From assembly GCA_030640385.1 (NCBI GenBank), contig DAOWJL010000057.1:1-28940 (forward strand): a DNA stretch of 28,940 nt. The letters run 5' to 3'. Origin of the DNA: Dehalococcoidia bacterium. Lineage in GTDB: Bacteria > Chloroflexota > Dehalococcoidia > Dehalococcoidales > G020351185. Both the position numbers and the translations under genes were made by a program. Positions 7,453 through 15,566 of the stretch are shown here, piece by piece (position 1 is the stretch's first letter; every line of letters begins with the position of its first letter). The notes beneath the pieces are model-generated. The model was not told the DNA's origin. It searched no databases and worked only from the letters and a program-made list of their open reading frames with translations.

Positions 7453-8367
7453 ATGGCAGATGTTAAAGAGGAAGCTAACGCTGGTAATGGCAGTATCTAT
7501 ATGTTTGCCGGCAAGGGGGGTGTCGGTAAGACAACATGTGCCGCCACCACGGCGCTGCACCATGCCTCACAGGGAGAAAAAACACTGGCTATATCGACTG
7601 ATGCCACGCCATCGTTAGCCCATATTTTTGAAGTTACGGATAAAAAGAAGCCGGCCAAGATTCAGGAATTATTATATATTAACGAGATCGGGCTGGATGA
7701 AGTTGAGCAAATGTGGGATAAAAAATTCGGCAGGGAGGTTTATGAGGTATTTTCATCCTTTGTCTCCATTGATTACGATTCCTTTGTTGAGTTTATGGCG
7801 TCGATGCTGCCCGGTTTGAGTGATGAGTTTATGGTGGATTATATCTGTGAAATGAAGCGGAGTGGCAGATATCAGACTATCATCTGGGATACGGCACCGC
7901 TGGGGCAGACACTCGCCTTGCTGCATACGCCGGCAATGCTGGTGGAACACCTGAGGATGGCGCCGCGTATCTATTCCAGGTTGAAATTTGGTAGAAATAG
8001 CCGGGATTCGATACTGGATATCCTCAAACGCTGGCAGAAACTATCCGCCGACAGCATCGACTTTCTTCGTGATGAGGTCAGGTTTAATATAGTTACCATA
8101 GCCGAGGCGCTGGCTTTTGAACAGCTGGAGGATATTTTCAGGGAGCTTGATGACCATGGCTTTGTCGTCAAGCAGCTGGTAGTTAATAACGTAATAAAAG
8201 AAAACGATTCGGAATTCCTGGTGATGAAAGCCAGCCAGCAGAAGAAATACCTGGATATGATTTACGAGCGGTATTCGCACCTTAAAATAATTGAACTGCC
8301 GATGTGTCCCTATGAGATTAAGGGCATCGCCCGGTTGAAAAGGATTGAGAGTAGCCTGTTTCAATAA
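7453..8367 (+). CDS. Single-domain ArsA/GET3-family ATPase
   Basis: Deviant Walker A GKGGVGKTT, STDATPSL (cf. STDPAHSL), switch II WDTAPLGQT, LVVNNV. Confidence 0.88.
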   Translation: MADVKEEANAGNGSIYMFAGKGGVGKTTCAATTALHHASQGEKTLAISTDATPSLAHIFEVTDKKKPAKIQELLYINEIGLDEVEQMWDKKFGREVYEVFSSFVSIDYDSFVEFMASMLPGLSDEFMVDYICEMKRSGRYQTIIWDTAPLGQTLALLHTPAMLVEHLRMAPRIYSRLKFGRNSRDSILDILKRWQKLSADSIDFLRDEVRFNIVTIAEALAFEQLEDIFRELDDHGFVVKQLVVNNVIKENDSEFLVMKASQQKKYLDMIYERYSHLKIIELPMCPYEIKGIARLKRIESSLFQ

Positions 8368-8385
8368 TAAGTTCTCTTAATTGTT

Positions 8386-9078
8386 ATGGCTTTAAAGTTA
8401 GAGTTATTAAAGTCTTCGCCTTATTTTTCAGGGCTCAGTTCGATTGAGCTTGAGGCTATCAGCAGGCTCGTTTTTGAGAAGAGTTATGGCCAAGGAGTGG
8501 TGATAGTCCTTGAGGGCGAGGTGGCCGAAGCACTGTATTTTGTCGCTTCCGGAGCGGTGAAGGTTTTCAAGACGTCGGTAGATGGCAAAGAGCAGACTCT
8601 GGCTGTTATACGCCCGCAGGAAACATTTAACGAGGTACCTGTATTTGATGGGGATGTAAATCCGGCCAGTGCCCAGGCTATGACGCCGGTCACCCTCTAC
8701 GGTATAAGAAGGAGTGATATAGAGAATATTCTGCGCAGTTATCCATATGTAGCGATAAATGTAATTAAGGTTATGGCAGGCAGATTGCGTCACCTTGTGG
8801 CGCTTGTCGAGGACCTCTCCTTCAGGCATGTTATCGGTCGGGTAGCCAGGATACTCCTTGAATATACCGCAGACGGAGCATCGCCCGGGCCGCGGCTGAC
8901 GCAGCGTGATATGGCGGCGATGGCAGGCACTGCCCGGGAGGTGGTCAGCCGGTCGCTCAAGACCCTGGAAAAAGACGGATTTATTAAAATGGACCGGCAC
9001 CGCATTATAATTAAAGACAGAGAGGCGCTTAATAATATCGTAAGCCCTCTTTTTGAGACAAAGGTCACAGACGGGTAA
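8386..9078 (+). CDS. Crp/Fnr-family transcriptional regulator
   Basis: cNMP-fold N-terminus (LYFVASGAVKV, GKEQTL, FNEVPVFDG) and HTH LTQRDMAAMAGTAREVVSRSL. Contains no cysteines. Confidence 0.95.
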   Translation: MALKLELLKSSPYFSGLSSIELEAISRLVFEKSYGQGVVIVLEGEVAEALYFVASGAVKVFKTSVDGKEQTLAVIRPQETFNEVPVFDGDVNPASAQAMTPVTLYGIRRSDIENILRSYPYVAINVIKVMAGRLRHLVALVEDLSFRHVIGRVARILLEYTADGASPGPRLTQRDMAAMAGTAREVVSRSLKTLEKDGFIKMDRHRIIIKDREALNNIVSPLFETKVTDG

Positions 9079-9096
9079 CGAATACTGCTATAAAAT
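9054..9096 (+). promoter_or_regulatory. CRP-type box plus -10 (class II geometry) upstream of the ferredoxin
   Basis: TGAGA-N6-TCACA (9054-9069), 21 bp, TAAAAT (9091-9096). Box centre falls at -41.5. Confidence 0.7.
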
Positions 9097-9120
9097 ATAA
9101 AAAGAGAGTAAAAAAGTATA

Positions 9121-9318
9121 ATGATGCCGCAGATAGATAAAGAAAAGTGTAATGGCTGTGGATTATGTGTCAGTGTATGCCTGCAACACAGCCTGATGCT
9201 TGTTGATGGTGTTGTGGTTATGGTAGAAGAAGTTGAATGCGACTGGTGTACCCAGTGTGAGGCTGTTTGCGACAGCGGATCTATAAGCTGTCCCTTTGAG
9301 ATAGTCCGGGAACAGTAA
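9121..9318 (+). CDS. 2x[4Fe-4S] dicluster ferredoxin
   Basis: CNGCGLCVSVC and CDWCTQCEAVC. Confidence 0.92.
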   Translation: MMPQIDKEKCNGCGLCVSVCLQHSLMLVDGVVVMVEEVECDWCTQCEAVCDSGSISCPFEIVREQ

Positions 9319-9429
9319 GTCGAACCGGTTTTTCTATATATCTTTATATCTTTGCATTTCAATCACGGGCTTACCCCCATTATCTTTGATAGCAGTTTTT
9401 CTTGCCCCTTATACTGCAAATATTCTGAT

Positions 9430-9472
9430 TGAGACTAAAGTTACATACGGATTTAGCCGTTTGTTCTAAAAT
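9430..9472 (+). promoter_or_regulatory. Second CRP-type box plus -10 upstream of the zinc-ribbon gene
   Basis: TGAGA-N6-TTACA (9430-9445), 21 bp, TAAAAT (9467-9472). Same spacing as the first site. Confidence 0.68.
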
Positions 9473-9553
9473 TCCTCTATAGGAAATGGATAAACCTCGA
9501 ACCAGAAGCTATGCGGCTGGTTGGTTTAAGTATTTATGCGGGGTGGATAAAAA

Positions 9554-9790
9554 ATGGTGATGTGGAGAATAAAGGGTTGCCCCAAATGTGGCGGTGACAT
9601 ATTTCTTGATATTGATGGAAGTATATTACTTGATCATTGCCTGCAATGTGGCTATGTGCATCCGAGGCAAAAAGAAGCCTGCCCGCATTGTGGCTTGGGA
9701 ATGACAATTGAACAATATGATGACGATGAGTTCTATTACTGTATCAAGTGCGGTTATATGAACGAGCTGCATCAGGCGGGCAAGCCATAA
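9554..9790 (+). CDS. Small protein with two tandem zinc-ribbon-like modules
   Basis: CPKC..CLQC and CPHC..CIKC, each module ending in CGY. Confidence 0.8.
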   Translation: MVMWRIKGCPKCGGDIFLDIDGSILLDHCLQCGYVHPRQKEACPHCGLGMTIEQYDDDEFYYCIKCGYMNELHQAGKP

Positions 9791-9831
9791 ATAACAGATT
9801 GCTTAATACTGGTGGCTACCGGAATGATTTT

Positions 9832-10122
9832 TTACTTGTCTTTACACGGAAGCAGCAGCTTCAATATTGCGTTCTGGCTTAAACCATCAATGACGACAAG
9901 CTTGTTCCTGTTGGCATGTCCTTTTATGATACTGATACTGTCTTTACTTGTGCCCAGCAATCGACTAAGGAAAGCTACTAGCTCTTTATTGGCTTTACCC
10001 TTTACCGGCGGCGCCGTAATCCTGACACGAAAAACCCCGTTTATAAGGCTTACTACTTCATTTCTACCGGCGTTTGGGTAAACCCTTACGGATATTCTAG
10101 CTTTATTCTCTGGAACTGGCAT
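9832..10122 (-). CDS. yggU: DUF167 / YggU family protein
   Basis: SVRVYPNA, VRITAPPVKGKANKEL, IIKGHANRNK. Confidence 0.9.
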   Translation of the reverse strand: MPVPENKARISVRVYPNAGRNEVVSLINGVFRVRITAPPVKGKANKELVAFLSRLLGTSKDSISIIKGHANRNKLVVIDGLSQNAILKLLLPCKDK

Positions 10123-10155
10123 ATTAAATGCTGGATAGTAAGAGAAATACTGGTT

Positions 10156-10383
10156 CTATTCCTTTTCTGCAATAACGCCGAAGGCGATAGCGGCCAGTAA
10201 CATAAGCACCGCCAGACCGCCCCAGAATGCGGTAGTAAAAGCATCTGTAACAGAATCCACCCCTATTTCCCCAAGCCCTATTCCAAAGTCAACAAATCCC
10301 GGGGATACCCCTAATGCCGTAAGGCCGGCCATCAATGCGCCCAGTAAACCGATTACAGTACAGGTTAAAGATGCTATTTTCAT
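10156..10383 (-). CDS. Hypothetical two-TM membrane protein
   Basis: GGAGG Shine-Dalgarno upstream and two hydrophobic helices. Confidence 0.7.
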   Translation of the reverse strand: MKIASLTCTVIGLLGALMAGLTALGVSPGFVDFGIGLGEIGVDSVTDAFTTAFWGGLAVLMLLAAIAFGVIAEKE

Positions 10384-10552
10384 TGCTACCTCCTGTTTAT
10401 AACAATTAATTATTCACAACTGCCCTGTTTTTTAATCTCCGATTCCGATATAATTTACAGTAATACGGATGATAACACCGGGATACTTAAAAATCAATAA
10501 CCTTTACCAATATAGTTACAGTTAGTGTATTTATACGATTAGCGGAGCTGGA

Positions 10553-11032
10553 ATGAAAGGTATAGAGCAAGAGGTTGGTGACTTGCTTCATCGAAAGGGA
10601 TTAACCCTGGGTCTTGTCGAATCCGCTACCGGTGGGCTGATATCCCACCTTATAACAAATGTACCGGGCAGCTCGGATTATTATAAGGGTTCTGTTACGA
10701 CTTATAGCAATCAAGCAAAGATTGATCTGGTCGGAGTAATGGAGGAAACTATTAAAAAATATGGTGCGGTGAGTCCCCAGGTGGCGGAGGAGATGGCGAA
10801 GGGGGGCAGGAGGGTACTTGATGCAGATATTTGCCTGGCGGATACCGGTGTAGCCGGGCCTGGTGGCGCTACGCAGGGTAAACCGGTAGGCCTTTTCTAT
10901 GTTGGCCTGTCGCACAAGGTTGGAACATCCAGCCGCAAGCACAACTTCCAGGGCAATCGGCAGCAAAACAAGCAGGCGGCGGCTGAAGCTATCCTGTCCT
11001 GGCTAAAGGAGTATCTGTTGGGATTGGATTAG
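10553..11032 (+). CDS. pncC: CinA C-terminal domain / NMN deamidase PncC
   Basis: ESATGG, PGSSDYY, YSNQAK, GAVS, TGVAGPGG, KPVGL. Confidence 0.88.
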   Translation: MKGIEQEVGDLLHRKGLTLGLVESATGGLISHLITNVPGSSDYYKGSVTTYSNQAKIDLVGVMEETIKKYGAVSPQVAEEMAKGGRRVLDADICLADTGVAGPGGATQGKPVGLFYVGLSHKVGTSSRKHNFQGNRQQNKQAAAEAILSWLKEYLLGLD

Positions 11033-11048
11033 TGAGAGGGGTGGTTAA

Positions 11049-11459
11049 TTGAAAGAAGCACTTCCTGAAAAACATGTCGTTACCTGTTTTCTTGAGTGTG
11101 ACGGAAGGATACTTATTCTGCGACGTAGCCAGGCGGTTGGCAGTTTTAGGGGAAGATGGGCTGGAATCAGCGGCTATATAGAGACGACAGCCGACGAGCA
11201 AACCCTGGTAGAAATAGAGGAAGAAGCCGGCTTGTGTCCGCAAGATGTGGAATTGGTAGCGAAAGGCGACCTGCTTATGGCCGAGGATGAAGGCGTTAGG
11301 TGGGTGGTTCACTCCTATCTTTTCCACATAAAGGAACCGGATAAGGTGAGGATTGACTGGGAGCATAGCGAGAAAAGGTGGATAAGACCGGAAGATATAG
11401 ATAGCTACCAGACGGTGCCAATGCTCAAGGAAGCCTTGGCACAGGTGTATGAGCTCTGA
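11049..11459 (+). CDS. NUDIX hydrolase
   Basis: RILILRRS, W..ISGYIE, variant Nudix box EIEEEAGL, WEH...WI. Confidence 0.88.
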   Translation: MKEALPEKHVVTCFLECDGRILILRRSQAVGSFRGRWAGISGYIETTADEQTLVEIEEEAGLCPQDVELVAKGDLLMAEDEGVRWVVHSYLFHIKEPDKVRIDWEHSEKRWIRPEDIDSYQTVPMLKEALAQVYEL

Positions 11460-11470
11460 TTTCTTAATTA

Positions 11471-11607
11471 TCCCCACCCCCACATTTGGTTAATGGTAAC
11501 TTTAGTTTCCCGCCCACCTCCCCTCTTTGTTATCTTTTACTTCGTTTTTCCCACCTATCCCCTCATCATAATTATTGATAGCTTTACTTTCCCGCCCACC
11601 CGCCCCC
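11471..11607. repeat. C-tract/G-tract low-complexity intergenic repeat
   Basis: TTTCCCGCCCACC at 11506-11518 and 11588-11600, plus a related copy near 11546-11564. Confidence 0.7.
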
Positions 11608-11714
11608 GGCAGGTTGTTCTGACAAAAGGATTGTTTCAAGAGCAGTGGCGATTGCTGGCTTCAGCCGACAATGCTATACTTTTAATACATTTAATATGAA
11701 GGGAAAGATTGTAA

Positions 11715-12434
11715 GTGAAAAGAATAGACGGGCGTGTCTATGATGAGTTGAGACCAGTACAAATAACGATGGGCTACCAGAGCTTTGCCGAGGGTTCGGT
11801 GCTGATAGAGATGGGCAAAACGCGAATAGTATGCTCGGTGAGCGTTGAGGAGAGGGTGCCTCATTTTCTGAAAGGAAGTGGCACCGGCTGGGTTACCGCC
11901 GAGTATTCCATGTTGCCCCGGGCGACAGTCACCCGCACCCCGCGTGATTCTTCCCAGGGCAGGATTTCCGGCAGGAGCCAGGAAATACAGCGTCTTATCG
12001 GGCGCTCGCTACGGGCGGTAACCGACCTCTCCGAGCTGGGGGAGAGGACGCTGGTTGTTGATTGCGATGTATTGCAGGCTGATGGCAGCACCAGAACGGC
12101 TGCCATTACCGGTTCATATATTGCCCTGCATAAGACGATACAGACCCTGAACAATATGGGGATAATATCCTCAAATCCGCTGAAGAGTGCCGTCGCTGCT
12201 GTCAGTGTCGGTATTGTTCACAGCCACATATTGCTTGACCTCTGTTATGATGAAGACTGTAATGCCGAGGCTGATTTCAACGTGGTAATGACCGGCAAGG
12301 GTGATTTCGTCGAGGTTCAGGGCACGGCTGAAAAGAAACCATATTCAAAGGAAACGCTTGACTCTGTACTATCCCTGGCCGGAAAGGGCATCAGGCAGCT
12401 GTTTGAAGCCCAGCAGGCGGCTCTGGAAGCGTGA
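11715..12434 (+). CDS. rph: Ribonuclease PH
   Basis: [51 protein letters not shown]. Confidence 0.97.
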   Translation: MKRIDGRVYDELRPVQITMGYQSFAEGSVLIEMGKTRIVCSVSVEERVPHFLKGSGTGWVTAEYSMLPRATVTRTPRDSSQGRISGRSQEIQRLIGRSLRAVTDLSELGERTLVVDCDVLQADGSTRTAAITGSYIALHKTIQTLNNMGIISSNPLKSAVAAVSVGIVHSHILLDLCYDEDCNAEADFNVVMTGKGDFVEVQGTAEKKPYSKETLDSVLSLAGKGIRQLFEAQQAALEA

Positions 12435-12439
12435 ATTAT

Positions 12440-13714
12440 TTATGGCCTTACCTGTCCGCTACCGAAAATGATCCACTTATAAGATGTTATTTCTTTTAAA
12501 CCTATCGGACCGCGGGCATGCATTTTCTGGGTGCTGATGCCCAACTCTGCCCCCAATCCGAACTGTGCGCCATCGGTGAAGCGGGTGCTGGCATTGACAT
12601 AGACGCAGGCGGCATCAACTTCATTCAGGAAGCGCATTGCCGAATCATAGTCCTCGGTGACTATAGCCTCGGAGTGCCCGGAGCCATAGCGGTTTATATG
12701 TTCCAGCGCTTCATCAAATGAAGACACCACTTTTATGGCAATCACCAGTGACAGGAACTCCTTACCCCAGTCATCATCGGTAGCCGGTGCCAGCTTCAGG
12801 TTGGAAACCGGTTTCAAGATAGACAGAGACTTTTCGTCACAGTGCGTCTCCACCCCGGCTTCAGCAAGTTCAGCGGCTATATGAGGCAGATAGTTACCGG
12901 CGATATCTTTATGCACCAGCAGGCTGTCGAGGGCGTTGCAAACGGTAGGCCGCTGCACCTTGGCATTAAGGGCAATTGCCACCGCCTTATCCATATCGGC
13001 GCTTTTATCTATATAGGTATGGCAAACACCGATTCCACCGGCGATAACCGGCATAACGGCGTTTTCTTTAACGAACTTTATCAATCCGGCGCCACCGCGG
13101 GGGACGATGAGGTCAATGTAGCTCCCCATTTTAAGCATCCGGTTTACCAGGGTGCGGTCAGTATCCTCGATGAACTGGACGGCTCCATCGGGCATACCGG
13201 CTCTGGTTACAGCCTCTTGTACCAATTTGGACAGGGCGCTGTTGGAGTGGATTGACTCCTTACCGCCCCTTAAAATTATGGCATTGCCGGATTTCAGGCA
13301 CAGGCTGGAGATATCTATGGTAACGTTGGGGCGGCTCTCGTAGATAGCCCCGATGACACCCAGCGGCACACGTCTCTTACCAATTACCAAACCGTTGGGT
13401 AGGGTACGCATCTCAATTACTTCACCGATGGGGTCGGGGAGAGCGGCTACTGCCATCACATCCTGCGCCATGGATTTAAGCCGCTCTTCCGTTAACAGCA
13501 GGCGGTCAAGCATAGCGGTGTTCATACCGGATTCTTCGGCTGCTTTATAATCGAGTTTATTGGCAGCCAGTATATCATTGCTTTTAGCTAGCAGGTCACC
13601 AGCGATATTATTTAACGCCCTGTTTTTTATATCTGTAGAGAGATACGACATGCGGCGTGAAGCCGCCTTGGCTGCCTTTACTTTTAATTCAAGTTCGGTG
13701 TCTGCTGTTCCCAT
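12440..13714 (-). CDS. proA: Gamma-glutamyl phosphate reductase
   Basis: VPLGVIGAIYESRPNVT, LRGGKE, PRGGAGL, VCNALD, GHSEAIVT, NASTRFTDG, HARGP. Confidence 0.98.
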   Translation of the reverse strand: MGTADTELELKVKAAKAASRRMSYLSTDIKNRALNNIAGDLLAKSNDILAANKLDYKAAEESGMNTAMLDRLLLTEERLKSMAQDVMAVAALPDPIGEVIEMRTLPNGLVIGKRRVPLGVIGAIYESRPNVTIDISSLCLKSGNAIILRGGKESIHSNSALSKLVQEAVTRAGMPDGAVQFIEDTDRTLVNRMLKMGSYIDLIVPRGGAGLIKFVKENAVMPVIAGGIGVCHTYIDKSADMDKAVAIALNAKVQRPTVCNALDSLLVHKDIAGNYLPHIAAELAEAGVETHCDEKSLSILKPVSNLKLAPATDDDWGKEFLSLVIAIKVVSSFDEALEHINRYGSGHSEAIVTEDYDSAMRFLNEVDAACVYVNASTRFTDGAQFGLGAELGISTQKMHARGPIGLKEITSYKWIIFGSGQVRP

Positions 13715-13738
13715 TTTATTCTCCTCTTATTATATACC

Positions 13739-13834
13739 TCTCCCTTTATAAAGGGAGATAGAGAGGGATTTGAAATCCCCATTAGTCCCCCTTTTGCAAA
13801 GGGGGAAAATTACTTTACCCCTCAAACTCCCCTT
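13739..13834. repeat. REP-like palindrome cluster
   Basis: TCTCCCTTT-AT-AAAGGGAGA (13739-13758), GGGATTT-G-AAATCCC (13765-13779), CCCCCTTT-TGC-AAAGGGGG (13787-13805). Confidence 0.8.
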
Positions 13835-13989
13835 TTAATCTCTTTACTTGTAGAGAACCCTCCCCACCATTTCTTCTTTGTATATTTTATCGGGTCGGTT
13901 TCGATGAGGCGATAATTAATCTGGGCAATAGGTTGGTTGCTTTCCTTATTATGCAACTGGCCGGTACCATTACTGTAGTGGATAGCCAT
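13822..13989 (-). CDS. Unannotated 55-aa ORF, probably a C-terminally truncated paralog of the 91-aa neighbour (possible pseudogene)
   Basis: MAIHYSNGTGQLHNKESNQPIAQINYRLIETDPIKYTKKKWWGGFSTSKEIKRGV*. GAGG Shine-Dalgarno 7 nt upstream. Shares G-x-L..(V/I)(D/N)Y(K/R)L..WWG(E/G)F with 14016..14291. Confidence 0.7.
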   Translation of the reverse strand: MAIHYSNGTGQLHNKESNQPIAQINYRLIETDPIKYTKKKWWGGFSTSKEIKRGV

Positions 13990-14015
13990 TACGAATCCTC
14001 ATTTTGCCTCTAATG

Positions 14016-14291
14016 TTAATCTGTTTGCTTCTCAAGCTCCCCATTCCCCCTGAAATGGTAGCAAAAGAGTGGTGAAAGCCCATAGACGGCGCGGTTAACC
14101 TTCTTTTTTAGAAAACACCTGCCCTTACGGCCATCCTCAAATTCAATAATGTAGCCGCCACCATCACTAAGACGACGGTACTCGGTGAGTATGAATTCTC
14201 CCCACCAGCCCTGTTCCGAGCCATCGTGTAGTTTATAGTCAACTTCAACCGTAAAATTTCCATCATAGGAACTAAGCCTGCCAATGGTCAT
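14016..14291 (-). CDS. Hypothetical 91-aa beta-rich protein, co-transcribed with proB
   Basis: AAGGAG Shine-Dalgarno, start 13 nt after the proB stop; motifs WWGEF and YIIEFEDGRKG. Confidence 0.8.
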   Translation of the reverse strand: MTIGRLSSYDGNFTVEVDYKLHDGSEQGWWGEFILTEYRRLSDGGGYIIEFEDGRKGRCFLKKKVNRAVYGLSPLFCYHFRGNGELEKQTD

Positions 14292-14304
14292 AAATATACT
14301 CTCC

Positions 14305-15432
14305 TTAAAAAATTACCAGGTTGTTTCGGTGCACTACCTCGCTGCCATAGTCATAGCCAAGCAATTCTGCAATCTGCCCTGAGTGAGCTCCTTTTATAGT
14401 TTCAATATCGGCGGAGCTGTAGTTGCTGATGCCGCAGCCGATACGTCTGCCCCGTGAATTGTAGATGTTGACGATATCACCGCGCTGGCATTTGCCTTCA
14501 ACCCTTTCTATACCGGCAGCCAGCAGGCTGCGATTCTTTTTTTCGAGGGCGGTAGCGGCTCCGGAATCTATAAAAAGCTTTCCCCTGACGCACAATCCGC
14601 TCAGCATCCAGCGCTTGCGGCTCTCCAGTTTTAATGCAGACGGTAGAAAATGCGTACCGACAGCTTCGCCGCCTGCCAGTCTAATAATAACATCCGGCAA
14701 ACGGCCATCGGCGATAACCATGGATACTCCAGATGCGGTGGCCAGCCTGGCGGCTTCTATCTTGGTAACCATACCACCGGTGCCCATCTCGCTTGGCGTA
14801 TCGGCTGCCAGGCGCTCAACCTCAGCGTCTATTTTATCCACCCGGTTGATGAGGTGGGCGTCAGGGTGACGCTGCGGGTCAGCGCTATACAGTCCGGCAG
14901 TATCGGTGAGCATTATCAGCAGGTCGGCATCAATCAGGTTGGCAACCATGGCTGATAGATTGTCATTATCACCGAACTTTGCCTCTTGTATCTCATCAAC
15001 AGCTACCACATCGTTTTCATTGACAATGCACAAAACACGCAGCTCTAGCAAAGCCAGCAGGGTATTGCGGGCATTGAGATAACCGGCACGGTTTGAAAGG
15101 TCAGCCTTTGTAAGCAAAGCCTGGGCGACGGTAATGCCGTGCTGCTCAAAGAGTTGCTCATAGACGTTCATCAGGCGGCTCTGTCCTATTGAAGCCAGTA
15201 CCTGTTTATAGGGAATACCCTTCGGCTCCTCGGCTAACCCCAGCTTATATCTACCGGCGGCAATAGCCCCCGAAGATATAACTACCAGCTCCAATCCCTG
15301 GTGATGAAGGCTGGCTACCTGGGAGGACAGCCTTGACATAATATCTTTTTCTAGGCGGTTACTGCCTGCGGTAAGCAGGTTGGTACCGAACTTTACTACG
15401 ATACGCTTATAAGGTAGAGATTTACTGCTCAT
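14305..15432 (-). CDS. proB: Glutamate 5-kinase with PUA domain
   Basis: [41 protein letters not shown]. Confidence 0.98.
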   Translation of the reverse strand: MSSKSLPYKRIVVKFGTNLLTAGSNRLEKDIMSRLSSQVASLHHQGLELVVISSGAIAAGRYKLGLAEEPKGIPYKQVLASIGQSRLMNVYEQLFEQHGITVAQALLTKADLSNRAGYLNARNTLLALLELRVLCIVNENDVVAVDEIQEAKFGDNDNLSAMVANLIDADLLIMLTDTAGLYSADPQRHPDAHLINRVDKIDAEVERLAADTPSEMGTGGMVTKIEAARLATASGVSMVIADGRLPDVIIRLAGGEAVGTHFLPSALKLESRKRWMLSGLCVRGKLFIDSGAATALEKKNRSLLAAGIERVEGKCQRGDIVNIYNSRGRRIGCGISNYSSADIETIKGAHSGQIAELLGYDYGSEVVHRNNLVIF

Positions 15433-15566
15433 ATAATTGAACCAAACCCGTAATTTACTTCATTATAGCAAGGCTGTTAGAGTTGGACAAGGAAATATAC
15501 TGTGCTAAACTGTTACTTAAGGGCTAGTCCGTTTTGGCTAGCCCTAGAGGTGTTTGGAGAAAAGTA

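Noticed and set aside
11020-11060. Possible PncC-NUDIX fusion by stop readthrough or frameshift
   Set aside because: The frames differ, no slippery site is evident, and the NUDIX gene has its own G-rich Shine-Dalgarno before the TTG.
11493-11699. 68-aa ORF in the NUDIX-rph gap
   Set aside because: It lies in low-complexity pyrimidine-rich repeat DNA and has no Shine-Dalgarno or motif.
12434-12440. Very tight convergent gene ends without terminators (rph/proA, mfd/230-aa ORF, Lrp/argS)
   Set aside because: Common in compact genomes using Rho-dependent termination, and nothing specific supports antisense regulation.
15519-15533. AAGGGCTAGTCCGTT resembles the Cas9 tracrRNA nexus (AAGGCTAGTCCGTT)
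   Set aside because: There is no cas gene, array or anti-repeat. The stretch is explained as the 5' arm of a local hairpin (GGGCTAG 15521-15527 / CTAGCCC 15538-15544) in the mfd leader.
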